Source: the human T2T-CHM13v2.0 reference genome, Homo sapiens
Reading direction: 5' to 3' (one strand)
DNA: 64,000 bases
Assembly (NCBI RefSeq): GCF_009914755.1
Contig: NC_060930.1
Positions within the stretch are counted from its first letter, which is position 1, and each line of letters begins with the position of its first letter. The notes under the pieces are model-generated. The model searched no databases, was not told where the DNA came from, and saw only the letters and a program-made list of their open reading frames with translations. Of the stretch, positions 1-14,350 are shown piece after piece. Both the position numbers and the translations under genes were made by a program.

Positions 1-77
1 GGTTGCAGTGAGCTGAGATTGCACCATTGCACTCCAGCCTGGGCAACAAGAGTGAAACTTTGTCTCAAAAAATAAAA
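1..77 (+). mobile_element. Alu 3' end (right arm plus A-tail), cut by window edge
   Basis: ggttgcagtgagctgagattgcaccattgcactccagcctgggcaacaagagtgaaact followed by an A-rich tail. Confidence 0.95.
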
Positions 78-2066
78 GAACTATAAACAACTGCTCAAAG
101 ACATAAGAAATCAGAGGACATAAACAAACAGAAAAACATTCCATGCTCATGGATAGAAAGAATCAATATCATTAAAATGGCCGTACTGCCCAAAGCAATT
201 TATAGATTTAATGCTATTCCTATTGAACTGCCATTGAGATTCTTTACAGAACTAGATAAAACTATTTTAAAATTCATATGGAATAAAAAACAAGCTTGAA
301 TAGCCAAGGCGATTCTAAGCAAAAAGAATGAAGCTGGGGGTTGGGCACAGTGGCTCACGCCTGTAATCCTAGCACCTTGGGAGGCCAAGGCAGGTGGCCA
401 AGGCAGGCTGAGGCTGAGGTCAAGAATTTAAGACCAGTCTGGCCAACATAGTGAAACCTCATCTCTACTAAAAATACAAAAATTAGCTGGGCATGGTGGC
501 GGGTGCCTGTAATCCCAGCTACTAGGGAGGCTGAGGCAGGAGAATTGCTTGAACCAAGGAGGCAGAGATTGCAATGAGAGAGCAAAAACTCCGTCTCAAA
601 AAATAATAATAATAATAACACAAAGAATGAAGCTGGAGTGATCATACCATCTGACCTCAAGCTATACTACAGGATTATAGTAACCAAAACAGCATGGTAC
701 TGATACAAAAACAGACACATACATAAGTGGAACAGAATTGAGAACCCAGAAATAAGACCACACACCTACAACTATCTGATCTTCTACAAACCTGACAAAA
801 ACAAGCAATGGGGAGAGGATTCCATATTCAATAAATGGTGCTGGGATAACTGGTAGCCATATGCAGACTAAAACCAAACTCCTTCCTTACACCGTGTACT
901 AAAAGTAACTCGAGATGGATTAAAGACTTAAATGTAAAACCCAAAACTATAAAAACCCTAGAAGACAATGAAGGCTATACCATTCAGAACATAGGCATGA
1001 GCAGAGATTTCATGACAAAGATGCCAAAAGCAATTGCAACAAAAACAAAAATTGACAAATAGGATCTAATTAAACTAAAGAACTTCTGCCCAGCAAAAGA
1101 AACTATCAACACAGTAAACAGACAATCTAGAGAATGGGAGAAAATTTTTGCAAACTATGCATCCAACAAAGGTCTAATATCCAGCATCTGTACAGAAGTT
1201 AAACAAATTTACAAGAAAAAAAAACATTAAAAAGTGGGCAAAGGACATGAACAGACACTTCTCAAAAGAAGACATACAGGTGGTCAGCATCATATGAAAA
1301 AAAGCTCAACATCATTTTTCATTAAAGAAATGCAAATCAAAACAACAATGAGATACCATCTCACACCAGTCAGAATGGCTATTACTAAAAAGTCAAAAAA
1401 TAACCGATGTTGATGAGGTTGTGGAGAAAGAGGAACTTATACACTGTTGGTGGGAGCAGAAATTATTTCAACCATTGTGGAAGACAGTGTGGCGATTCCT
1501 CAGAGACCTAAAGACAGAAATACCATTCGACCCAGCAATACCATTACTGGGTATATACCCAAAGGAATATAAATCATTATATTATAAAAAGACACATGCA
1601 TGCATATTTTCATTGCAGCACTATTCACAATAGCAAAGACATGGAATCAACCTAAATGCCCATCAATGATAGACTTGATAAAGAAAATGTGGTACATATG
1701 CACCACAAAATACTATGCAGCCATTAAACAGAATGAGATCATATCATTTGCAGGGACATGGATGGAGCTGGAGCCCATTATCCTTAGCAAACTAATACAG
1801 GAACAGAAAACCAAATACTGCATGTTCTCACTTATAAGTGGGAGCTAAATGATGAGAACATGTGGATACAAAGAGGGAAACAACACACACTGGGACCTAT
1901 CAGAGAATGGAGGGTAGGAGGAGGGAACGGATCAGAAAAAATAACTAATGGGTACTAGGCTTAATACCTGGGTGATGAAGTAATCTGTACCACAAACCCC
2001 CATCACACAAGCTTACCTGTGTAACAAACCTGCACTGTATCCCTGAATTTAAAATAATTTTTTTAA
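78..2066 (+). mobile_element. LINE-1 3' portion (ORF2 C-terminus plus 3' UTR), older primate type (about L1PA13), interrupted by an Alu at 339-621
   Basis: ORF fragments 1421-1848 match the L1 ORF2 C-terminus (HCWWE...[21 protein letters not shown]); 3' UTR ggtactaggcttaatacctgggtgatgaa is typical of L1PA13-like elements. Confidence 0.9.
339..621 (+). mobile_element. Alu (S-type, internally deleted right arm) inserted in L1
   Basis: Alu consensus text; perfect 15-bp TSD aaagaatgaagctgg at 323-337 and 622-636. Confidence 0.95.
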
Positions 2067-2394
2067 AGTTGATATCATGGGAGAGAGTAGAATGGTGGTC
2101 ACCAGAGGATGGGTAAAGAAGAAATGTTGGTCAAAGGGTATGAAGTTTCAGTTACAAAAAAGGAATACATTGTAGAGATTTATTGCACAGCATGGTAACT
2201 GTGGTTAACTATAATGTATTATATATTTCATAATTGTTGGAAGAGCATATTTTAAATGTTCTCACCACAAAAAAAATAGGTCAGGGGATGGATATGTTAA
2301 TTAACTTGATTTACTCTTTCAACAATGTATACAGATAGCAAAACAACATATTATATCCCATAAATATAGACAATTATTTGTCAATTAAAAATTT
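2067..2394 (+). mobile_element. Old L1MA/L1MB-type 3' end
   Basis: gagagtagaatggtggtcaccagagg...ttttaaatgttctcaccacaaaaaaa...ggatggatatgttaattaacttgat resembles the L1M 3' UTR. Confidence 0.75.
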
Positions 2395-2687
2395 ATGAAA
2401 ACTTTTTTAAAAAAAAACAGATGCTCCTTTATCCCCTGCTTTCAAATCTCATGCAAATTTCCCTTGCTGCTAAGCCCAACACAAAACCAACAGGAAGAAA
2501 ATTTTGGGAGACATATTTTTAGCTCAGCTAAGTTGACCAACAACCAAGTTATCAGAAGGGACTTTGGAGGTACTGGCAGCATTCTTTTTCTTTTCGTGGA
2601 TGGTTGGGGGCTGGAGGTGTCCACAAGCATAGCTTTTAAATTATTCATTAAATGTATATTTACAACTTATGTGATTTTGTAATTACT

Positions 2688-2782
2688 TATTTTTAATGCT
2701 TTTTAAATGTTTTAAATGTTATTTTAAATGTTATAAAACATTTTAAATGTTATATAAAATGTTTGTAAATGTTATTTTTTAT
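2688..2782. repeat. AT-rich degenerate tandem repeat (ttttaaatg-like units)
   Basis: Repeated ttttaaatgt(t/a) units visible directly. Confidence 0.7.
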
Positions 2783-4807
2783 AAGTCTAAAATTTCTCCA
2801 CTAATCCTCATATTTCCATGGAGAAGAGAGGATTTCTGACCAAGCCTACAAAAGGGAGAACCAATGAAATCTCCTCAGAGGAAACACTTCCAGTCTGTCT
2901 TTCTGATCCCTTACTTGCTGTTTCTCTTGGGAGAGATGCCTAATCCAATTGGCCTATCACACCGGTAGATGTCACAAAAACAAGATGCTATTTATTGACT
3001 CTCCCTTGGCCTCTTGACTTACTTATCACCATGCACGGCAGGTGTCTGTACTTCTAGACCCCATGCAGTAGGCCCCTTAGTAGGGTCTTCCCTTCTCCCA
3101 CAGAAGGGGCAAGCCATTCTATGGTTGCACAGCTACGTCCAAGGCATAATAAACCTGGCTCTCCTCTCTGTTGGCCCAGTCATCTTTAATTCAGGGGAAA
3201 GCATTGGTAACTCCATCCACATTGGCCTAAGGTCCAAGCTTCATTCTCAAATCCATCTTTGTCATTATTTCAGTACCCATTTGACTCATTCCTGTGTTTA
3301 TATTATATCAGCCAGAACTCTTATGTCTCCACCAGCATTAGAATCTGGGACTCTGACATAAGGTCATAAGGTTCAGGAAAAGAAGTCTCCAAGTAGTGGG
3401 GATCCCTCAAAATCATGTGGTAACAGCATTATAGTACCAAATCATCTATCTGGAAACAATTGAGACCTGATGACAGGATTTAGCCCTGATCAATTACTGG
3501 GGGCCAGGGTCCTAAGACTCATCACTCCCTCTAAGCATCTGGCCAAGTGTATGCACTCAAATATGCAAGCCAAGTAGAAAACAAGTGTCATTTTTTCATA
3601 TCTGTGAAAGTCCCCTACGAACTCCAAAGGCAACCCTTATTCATTGAAAATTAGCTATTGCCCAACCAACCCAACCCCTAAAAAATGTGGCCTGTTAGGC
3701 AAGTTTGCCCTGAAGTTGGCATCATGCAAAAATATGTCATTTAGGGGACAATTAGAGTCTCTGATAATTTTTACAAAGCTAATGTGCTTCTGCAAGAACT
3801 GTTCATGTGGTATTAAAAGTCAGTGAACACTTTTAACTTTTATTTGCATTCCATTTTTATACTTACCAGAAAGAAAAAAGTGCAGAAAACACTCTCCCTA
3901 TATCAAACTACAAATTCCAGCTCAGTTCAAGAAACTAAGAGTAGGGACCCTGCCTTCTAACTGATGCATAAAAGAGTGGAGGTGCTGCTTTTTAAAAAGG
4001 AGGCTAATAATAAAGCAAGAACAGCCAGTAACAGTCCTGGGCAGGGAAGAAATCAGCCAAACTCTTGCCAAAAATTATTGTATTAAATGCTAAATCCTAC
4101 TTTAAGGTAGCAACCAAAATTTAATCTTTTCAAATGTTTCCCTTTATGAGTAGAGCCTCCTACTATTTTCTAAGAGGCGGAAGCACTGCTCTTTGCAAAG
4201 TGATTGACTTTTTTGACAGGAGCCAGAATTTAAAACTGGCATTGAAACTCAGAAAATCTGAAACCAGGAAGAAGAAAGAAACAATTGTTTATTGTATGCT
4301 CCATACACATTTTCAGTATATTGATGCCATGTTTGCCAGAGAACAAATTTCCAAAGTCTGATTGCAGACCTCCTATCTCCTGACTTTTCACCTGCCTCTG
4401 TAAGTGTATGATGAGATGGTACTGGTGATTATTCGGAGCCATCACCAGGGGCTGCTTCCACTAAGAGCAGCCCAGTTAAGCAACACTTCCATGGTGTTTC
4501 TTATAGTGACCAATGGACCATATCCATCTACCCCAGGTCAATGAAATCCCTTGGCAAATGAGGCACTTATGTGGAATTTCACATGACTGGCCATATTCAG
4601 GCAGAGCCTTGACAAGGAGGATGTGGAAAAGATTCTAATTTGAGGGGAGAAAGTTGGGGCAGAGCTAGCCGGGGTGGCAGATGAGATGTTGTTTTTTAAA
4701 TGTTCTAGAGATCAGAATAGGTGTGCGGGTTCAGAAGATCATTCAGGCATACCAAAATAATGGCACCTCCTCTTCACTGTGGAATGTTTTAAAATGACTG
4801 CTAAAAT

Positions 4808-5167
<360 letters not shown>

Positions 5168-5923
5168 CTAATAAAAATGAAAATATCTTCCCTTTAACAT
5201 ATTTTCAAAGCCTTCAGTAATAAAAAATATCTGCTTCTTTAGCCATTTCGCATGCTTAAAGAAAAACTTACAATGCCATTAGCATGGAAACTGTGAACTC
5301 TAAGCCGCCAAGTATTAAAAAACATATAAAAAGACGTTTAATCTTGAGATTTAACTCTGAATCCTCAGTCTTCCCAAAACATGCTCTAATGATCAGACAT
5401 CCTAATGTGTTGATCATAGATCTGTAAAGAAGGTCATAGCCTCATAGAAACACATATCAGTTGTTTAAACTTAGGCATTAGATGAGAAAGAAATAATTGA
5501 TAATTAAGGGAACGGAAGTTGAGGCTCGGCATGGGAATCCAGAAAGAAGTATCTACAACTGAAATAAAAGGTGAGAAATACAATATATTCTGGGAAAAAC
5601 TTATGGCCATAGGACCTAGGATTATTCTATGACGCCTGTTCTCTTTGTTTTCTATTTATCCTTTATCACAAAGCTCCATATGCCCTACGCTCCAATTATA
5701 TAAAATATAGCTTATTAAGTGTTCTACCCTAATACTCCTCCCACACCATTTCTTCCTTTAGCAGAGAACATTGTAGATAAAAGTCTTTTTAAAAATAAAA
5801 TGTTTGCATAGACACAAAGGACATGATTTTTATCTTCACATTCCTTATGAAGACAAACCACAGTGGTCTTTGTTCCCTGTATCCTGAGAGCCTAGAACAG
5901 TGCCTGGCACATAGTTAAGTGTT

Positions 5924-6384
5924 TGTCTTAACCTTGAATCCCCAGAAAGCAAAGCTGAAGACAAGAGTTTTAAGTTCAACTACTTTGCCTGTGAATGAAA
6001 TGCCAGGGAAGCAAAAGTGAGGATGAAGATAAGGGGTTATGAAGCAAGAGGGAGAACCATTCCTTAGATGAATACCAAGGGCAAATATTTGCCCCATCTC
6101 AAGACATCATCTTCTGCTAAGCATAGAAACTGCACCTCAAGACTGTCCTCTGAGGGAAGAATTCATCCACTAGCCCCATTTCCCTTGTACTCCCTTGCCT
6201 TTTTGAGCTGTGTATGCATGGGTGCTGTACAGGGACCCCCAGAACCTCCTTCCTTGTGGTCAACAGAAAAGGAGCAAGTAGCTCAGTGTGGGATAGTTGC
6301 CCCTGGAGGAAGCTGGTAGGAGCACACACAGAGACAGGTGAGGAGGAGAGGACCTGCAGTGGTGCATAAAAGGAGTCTGATACA
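5924..6384. mobile_element. About 460-bp LTR-like element (TG...CA) inserted into an L2 3' tail
   Basis: L2 tail gcctagaacagtgcctggcacatag (5890-5914) resumes as gcactcaataaatatttgctgaatgaatg (6385-6413); the insert begins tg and ends ca. Confidence 0.55.
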
Positions 6385-9300
6385 GCACTCAATAAATATT
6401 TGCTGAATGAATGTGTTTTTTTTTTATAACGGTTCCAGTTATTGATTGAAGAGGGGTAAAAAGTCAGCAGTAACTCATCATCATAATCATCTGTAGTTTA
6501 GTGAAGAAAAGACACAGGTCGCCCTTTGAAAGAGCTTGTTACTTGGAATAATTTTAATATTTGCTGATTTTAAAAACATTTTTCCAATTGTCAGCTTGGC
6601 ATAACTGGAACTGATTAGTGACAAAAAGTGATAGATGATGCACCTGTCCCTCACTTGAACTGAAGAAAAATTGTTCATAAAAGCATGGAGCAAATCATAC
6701 ATTTCCACAAGCATCATTAGTAACAAATATCTGCTGAGTTAGCTTTTATGCTCCTTCAAATTAGCCACTCTCTCACATACTGATCCTTCCCACATTGCAG
6801 CATCACTTTGTTACTACAACTCATCCTTTAAAGCTTAGCTGAAAAATCACTGCTACCAGGAAGCCTTCTCTCTCTCTCTCTCTCCCTCCCTCCCCTTCCT
6901 CTCTATTTCCAATTTGTGCTAGGTGCTTTCAAGTTACTCAGTTTTACTGCTATTATTGCATCTCTCACATTCTATTTTAACTGTGATTGTCTATCTCCCT
7001 CACTAAATTATCAACAGTGGTGGGACTGAGACATTTATCTTCCTAGCACCAGACACATAGCAGGCATCCTATGAATTTCAGCAGAACCAAAGAATGTGTA
7101 AGTCACTGAATCAGTGTTTGACAAAACTGCAAAGGATATTGGGAAATGAACAGTAGCTGATGTTTATCACTGGTTGGGTTAGGGAAATCTTAGAGGAGCT
7201 GGATGTGGGCTGGATGCAGAAGGAAGATGAGACTCATGGATTTGGGGAGAAGGAAAATTGCATTACAGTTGGGTTTCTGGCCATGAGACAGAAATGCACT
7301 TAACCTACCACAAAGCAGTGAATTATCTAGCTAGGCAGGGGCAGAAAGATCTGGAGCACTTCACAGAGAATAAAACTGAACAGGAAAGTCAGAGTGAGAT
7401 TGTAGAGAGCATCAAATGTCAGGCTAAGCAGCTTTGCCTTTTTCTTCTATTTTATATTCTCAGAATTTTCAAAGCAGTAGGCAACATGACCAAGTGGAGT
7501 TTCAAATGGCTGGTAGATGTGTGGAAGAGTAATTAGAAAAGAGAAACCAATTACACAGAGAAGAAAAAAGCAATTCCCTTTGTCAAACTATGAGCCAAGG
7601 AAGTAAGACAAAGTTTGGCTTTAGAAAAAATAATTTGGGAGGATTTAAAGATTATACAAGTTCGGTGATTTCCTATTCTTTGTTTAGAGTTAACGTTCTC
7701 CAAGACGTAACCTGAACTCCATAATCTACCCTGATTTCTTCATCTCCTGCCAAACTGAACTGTTAGTGCATACATGACCTCTATTGCCTCATGTCTGGGA
7801 AAATCTTGGTGCCCGGAATACTCTCCCTTCTACCCATTTTCTTCTGTCAAAGCCTGAACTGCACTTTAATTCTCTTTTCTAAGCTATCTCATCCACAATA
7901 GAAAGTATATGTACATCACAATTAGAAGAACTAGAGAAGAAAGAGCAAATAAATTCAAAAGCTAGCGGAAGAAATAAATAACTAAGATCAGAGCAGAACT
8001 GAAGGAGATAGAGACATGGAAAACCCTTCAAAAAATCAATGAATCCAGGAGCTGGCTTTTTGAAAATATTAACAAAATAGCTAGGCCACTAGCCAGACTA
8101 ATAAAGAAGAAAAAAGAGGTCACTTCCAAGATGGCCAAATAGGAACAGCTCCGGTCTACAACTCCCAGTGAAATTGACACAGAAGATGGGTGATCTCTGC
8201 ATTTCCAACTGAGGTACCTGGTTCATCTCATTGGGACTGGTTGGACAGTGGGTGCATCCCAAGGAGGGTGAGCCAAAGCAGGGCAGGGCATCACTTCACC
8301 TGGGAAGTGCAAGGGGTTGGGAGATTTCCCTTTGCTAGCCAAAGGAAGCCATGAGTGACTGTACTTGGAGGAATGGTACACTCCTGCCCAAATACCATGC
8401 TTTTACCATGGTCTTCACAACTGGCAGACCAGGAGATTCCCTCCCATGCTTGGCTAGGCAGTTCACACGTCCATGGAGCCTTGCTCACTGCCAGCGCAGC
8501 AGACTGAGATTGACCTGGGATGCTGGAGCTTAGTGAGGGGAGGGGTATCCACCATTGCTGAGGCTTGAGTAGGCGGTTCTATGCTCACAGTGTAAACAAA
8601 GAGGCAGGGAAGCTTGAATTGGGTGGAGCCCACCGCAGCTCAGCAAGGCCTACTGCCTCTATAGATTCCACCTCTGGGGGCAGGGCATATCTGAACAAAA
8701 GGCAGCAGACAGCTTCTGCAGACTTAAATGTCCCTGCCTGACAGCTCTGAAGACAGCAGTGGTTCTCCCAGCATGGCTTTCGAGCTCTGATAACTGACAG
8801 AATCCCTCCTCAAATGGGTCCCTGACCCCAGTGTAGCCTGACTGGGAGATACCTGCCAGTAGGGGCTGACAAACACCTCATAGAGGTGGGTGCCCTTCTG
8901 GGACAAAGCTTCCAGGGGAAGGATCAGGCAGCAATATTTGCTGTTCTGCAGCCTTTACCAGTGATACCCAGGCAAACAGGGACTGGAGTGGACCTCCAGC
9001 AAACTCCAACAGACCTGCAGCTGAGGGGCCTGTCTGTTAGAAGGAAAACTAACTAACAGAAAGGAACAGCATCAACATCAACAAAAAGGACATCCACGCC
9101 AAAACCCCATCCATAGGTCACCAACATCAAAGACCAAAGGTAGATAAAACCACAAAGATGGAGAGAAACCAGAGCAGAAAGGCTAAAAATTCCAAAAACC
9201 AGAACACCTCTTCTCCTCCAAAGGAACACAACTCCTCACCAGCAAGGGGACAAAACTGAGTGGAGAATGAGTTTGACAAGTTGACAGAAGTAGGCTTCAG

Positions 9301-12300
9301 AAGTTCAGTAATAACAAACTTCTCTGAGCTAAAGGAGCACATTCTAACCCATTGCAAGGAAGCTAAAAACCTAGAAAAATGTTAGATGAATGGTGAACTA
9401 GAATAATCAGTGTAGAGAAGAGCTTAAATGACCTGATGGAGCTGAAAACCACAGTACGAGAACTTCATGAAGCATACACAAGCTTCAATAGCTGATTCAA
9501 TCAAGTGGAAGAAAGGATATCAGTGATTGAATATCAAATTAATGAAATAAAATCAGAAGACAAGATTAGAGAAAAAAGAGTGCAAAGAAATGAACAAAGC
9601 CTCCAAGAAATATGGGACAATGTGAAAAGGCCAAAGCTACGTTTGATTGGTGTACCTGAAAGTGACAGGGAGAATGGAACCAAGTTAGAAAACACTCTTC
9701 AGGATATTATCCAGAAGAACTTCCCCAACCTAGCAGGGCATGCCAAAATCCAAATTCAGGAAATACAGAGAACACCGCAAAGACATTCCTCAAAAAGAGC
9801 AACCATAAGACACATAATTGCCAGATTCACCAAGGTTGAAATGAAGGAAAAAATGTTAAGGGCAGCCAGAGAGAAGGGTCGGGTTACCCACAAAGCGAAG
9901 CCCATCAGACTAACAGCAGATCTCTCAGCAGAAATCCTACAAGCCAGAAGAGAGTGGGGGTCAATATTCAACATTCTTAAAGAAAAGAATCTTCAACCCA
10001 GAATTTCATATCCAACCAAACTAAGCTTCATAAGTGAAGGAGAAATAAAACCCTTTACAGACAAGCAAATGCTGAGAGATTTTGTCACCACCAGACCTGC
10101 CTTACAAGAGCTCCTGAAGGAAGCCCATAATATGGAAAGGAACAACCAGTACCAGCCACCGCAAAAACACGCCAAATTGTAAAGACCATCGATGCTATGA
10201 AGAAACTGCATCAATTAATGGGCAAAATAACCAGCTAGCATCATAATGACAGGATCAAATTCACACATAACAATATTAACCTTAAATGTAAATGGGCTAA
10301 TTCCCCAATTAAAAGACACAGACTGGCAAATTGGAAAAAGAGTCAAGATCAATCAGTGTGCTGTATTCAGGAGACCCATCTCACGTGCAAAGGCACACAT
10401 AGGCTCAAAATAAAGGGATGGAGGAAGATCTGCCAAGCAAATGAAAAGCAAAAAAAAGCAGGGGTTGCAATCCTGCTGTCTGATAAAACAGACTTTAAGA
10501 CAACAAAGATCAGAGGAGACAAAGAAAGGTTCATGACATAATGGTAAAGGGATCAATGCAGCAAGAAGAGCTAACTATCCTAAATATACATGCACCCAAT
10601 ACAGGAGCACCCAGATTCATAAAGCAAGTGCTTAGAGACCTACAAAGAGACTTAGACTCCCACACAATAATAGTGGGAGACTTTAACACCCCACTGTCAA
10701 TATTAGACAGATCAACGAGACAGAAAATTAGCAAAGATATCCAGGATTGAACTCAGCTCTGGATCAAGAGAACCTAATAGACATCTACAGAACTCTCCAC
10801 CCCAAATCAACAGAATATACATTCTTCTCAGCAACACATCATGCTTATTCTAAAACTGACCCCATAATTGGAAGTAAACACTCCTCAGCAAATGTAAAAG
10901 AACAGAAATCACAACAAACAGTCTCTCAGACCACAGTGCCATCAAATTAGAACGCAGGATTAAGAAACGCACTCAAAACTGCACAACTACATGGAAACTG
11001 AACAACCTGCTCCTGAAGATTGAACTACTAGGTAAATAACAAAACTGAGGCAGAAATAAAGACGTTCTTTGAAACCAATGAGAACAAAGACACAACGTAC
11101 CAGAATCTCTGGGACACATTTAAAGCAGTGTGTAGTGGGAAATTTATAGCACTAAATGCCTACAAGAGAAAGCAGGAAAGATCTAAAATCGACACCCTAA
11201 CATCACAATTAAAAGAACTAGAGAAGCAGGAGCAAACAAATTCAAAAGCTAGCAGAAGACAAGAAATAACTAAGATCAGAGCAGAACTGAAGCAGGTAGA
11301 AACACAAAAAAACCCTTCAAAAAGTCAAAGAATCCAGCAGCTTGTTTTCTGAAAAGATCAACAAAACAGACCACTAGCAAGCCTAATAAAGAAGAAAAGA
11401 GAGAAGAATCAAATAGATGCAATAAAAAAATGATAAAGGGGATATCACCACTGATCCCACAGAAAAACTACCATCAGAGAATACTATAAACACCTCTATG
11501 CAAATAAACTAGAAAATCTAGAAGAAATGGATAAATTCCTGGACACATACACCCTCCCAACACTAAACCAGGAAGAAGTTGAATCTCTGAATAGACCAGT
11601 AACAGGTTCTGAAATTGAGGCAATAATTAATAGCCTAACAACCAAAAAATGTCCAGGACTAGACAGATTCACAGCCGAATTCTAACAGAGGTGCAAAGAG
11701 GATCTGGTACCATTGCTTCTGAAACTATTCCAATCAATAGAAAGAGAGGGAATCCTCCCTAACTCATTATATGAGGCCAGCATCAGCCTGATACCAAAGC
11801 CTGGCAGAGACACACAGAAAAAAGAGAATTTCAGACCAATGTCCCTGATGAACATCGATGCGAAAATCCTCAATAAAATACTGGCAAACCAAATCCAGCA
11901 GCACATCAAAAAGGTTATCCACAATGATCAAGTGGGCTTCATCTGTGGGATGCAAGGCTGGTTCAACATACATAAATCAAAAAATGTAATCCATCACATA
12001 AACAGAACCAACCAAAAAAACCACATGATTATCTCAATAGATGCAGAAAAGACCTTCAATAAAATTCAACAGGCTTTCATGCTAAAAACTCTCAATAAAC
12101 TAGGTATTGATGGAATGTATCTCCAATAATAAGAACTATTTATGACAAACCCACAGCCAATATCATACTGAATAGGCGAAAACTGGAAGCATTCCCTTTG
12201 AAAACCATCACAAGAAAAAAATGCCCTCTCTCACCACTCTTATTCAACATAGTATTGGAACTTCTGGCCAGGGCAATCAGGCAAGAGAAAGAAATAAAGG

Positions 12301-13828
12301 GTATTTAAATAGGAAAAGAGGAAGTCAAATTGTCCCTGTTTACAGATGACATGATTGTATATTTAGAAAACCCCATCATCTCAGCCAAAAATCTCAAGCT
12401 CATATGCAACTTCAGCAAAGTCTCAGGATACAAAATCAATGTGCAAAAATCACAAGCATTCCTATACACCAACAACAGACAAACAGAGAACCAAATCACG
12501 AGTGAATTCCCATTCACAATAACTACAAAGAGAATAAAATACCTAGGAATCCAACTTACAAGGGATGTGAAGGACCTCTTAAAGAGAACTACAAACTACT
12601 GCTCAATGAAATAAAAGAGGACATAAACAAATGAAAGAACATTCCATGCTCATGGATAGGAAGAATCAGTATTGTGAAAGTGGCCATACTGCCCAAAGTA
12701 ATTTGTAGATTCAACGCTATTCCCATCAAGCTACCATTGACTTTCTTCACAGAATTGGAAAAAAGACTACTTTAAATTTCATATGGAACCAAAAAATAGC
12801 CTGCATAGCCAAGGCAATCTTAAGCAAAAAGAACAAAGCTGGAGGCATCATGCTACCTGACTTCAAACTATACTACAAGGCTACAGTAACAAAACAGCAT
12901 GGTAATGGTACCAAAACAGATATATAGACCAAAGGAACAGAACAGAGGCCTCAGAAATAACATCACACATCTACAACCATCTGATGTTTGACAAACCTGA
13001 CAAAAAACAAGCAATGGGGAAAGGATTCCCTATTTAATAAATGGTGTTGGGAAAACTGACAGGCCATGTGTAGAAAACTGGAACTGGATCCCTTTCTTAC
13101 ACCTTCTACAAAAATTAACTCAAGATGGATTAAAGACTTAAACATAAGACCTAAAACCATAAAAATCCTAGAAGAAAATCTAGGCAATACCATTCAGGAC
13201 ATAGGCATGGGCAAAGACTTCATGACTAAAACACCAAAAGCAATGGCAATAAAAGCGAAAATTGACAAATGGGATCTAATTAAACTAAAGAGCTTCTGCA
13301 TAGCAAAGGAAACTATCATCAGAGCGAACAGGCAACCTAAAGAATGGGAGAAAATTTTTGAAATCTGTCCATCTGACAAAGGGCTAATATCCAGAATATA
13401 CAAAGAACTTAAACAAATTTACAAGAAAAAACAAACAACCCCATCAAAAAGTGGGCAAAGGAGATGAACAGACACTTCTCAAAAGAAGACACTTATGCAG
13501 CCAACAGACATATGAAAAAATGCTCATCATCACTGCTCATCAGAAAAATGCAAATCAAAACCACAATGAGATACCATCTCATGCCAGTCAGAATGGCAAT
13601 CATTAAAAAGTCAGGAAACAAATTTGTGGAGAAATAGGAATGCTTTTACACTGTGGGTGGGAGTGTAAATTAGTTCCACCATTTTGGAAGACAGTGTGGC
13701 AATTCCTCAAGGATCTAGAACCAGAAATACCATTAGGCCAGCAATCCCATTACTGGGTATATACCCAAAGGTTTATAAATCATGCTACCATAAAGACACA
13801 TGCACATATATGTTTATTGCAGCACTAT

Positions 13829-14350
13829 TCACAATAGTAAAGACTTGGAACCAACCCAAATCCCCTTCAATAATAGACTGGATAAAGAAAATGTGGTGAT
13901 TACAGGGGCAAGATGGCCGAATAGGAACAGCTCCAGTCTACAGCTCCCAGCGTGAGCAACGCAGAAGACGGGTGATTTCTGCTTTTCCATCAGAGGTACT
14001 GGGTACATCTCACTAGGGAGTGCCAGACAGTGGGCACAGGACAGTGGGTGCAGTGCACTGTGCGCGAGCTGAAGCAGGGTGAGGCATTGCCTCACTCGGG
14101 AAGCGCAAGGGGTCAGAGAGTTCACTTTCCTAGTCAAAGAAAGGGGTGACAGACGGCACCTGGAAAATCGGGTCAGTCCCACCCTAATACTGCGCTTTTC
14201 CAACAGGCTTAAAAAACAGCGCACCAGGAGATTATATCCCACACCTGGCTCAGAGGGTCCTATGCCCACGGAGTCTCGCTGATCGCTAGCACAGCAGTCT
14301 GAGATCAAACTGCAAGGTGGCAGGGAGGCTGGGGGAGGGGCGTCCGCCAT
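13829..14350 (-). CDS. L1 ORF0-like antisense ORF, extended to 173 aa across the insertion junction (translation unproven)
   Basis: N-terminus MADAPPPASLPPCSLISDCCASDQRDSVGIGPSEPGVGY matches primate L1 ORF0; ATG in strong context gcaATGg. Confidence 0.45.
   Translation of the reverse strand: MADAPPPASLPPCSLISDCCASDQRDSVGIGPSEPGVGYNLLVRCFLSLLEKRSIRVGLTRFSRCRLSPLSLTRKVNSLTPCASRVRQCLTLLQLAHSALHPLSCAHCLALPSEMYPVPLMEKQKSPVFCVAHAGSCRLELFLFGHLAPVITTFSLSSLLLKGIWVGSKSLLL

Noticed and set aside
3014-3520. 115-aa ORF, or faint ERVL/MaLR-internal resemblance
   Set aside because: Similarity too weak to call by eye; needs a Dfam search
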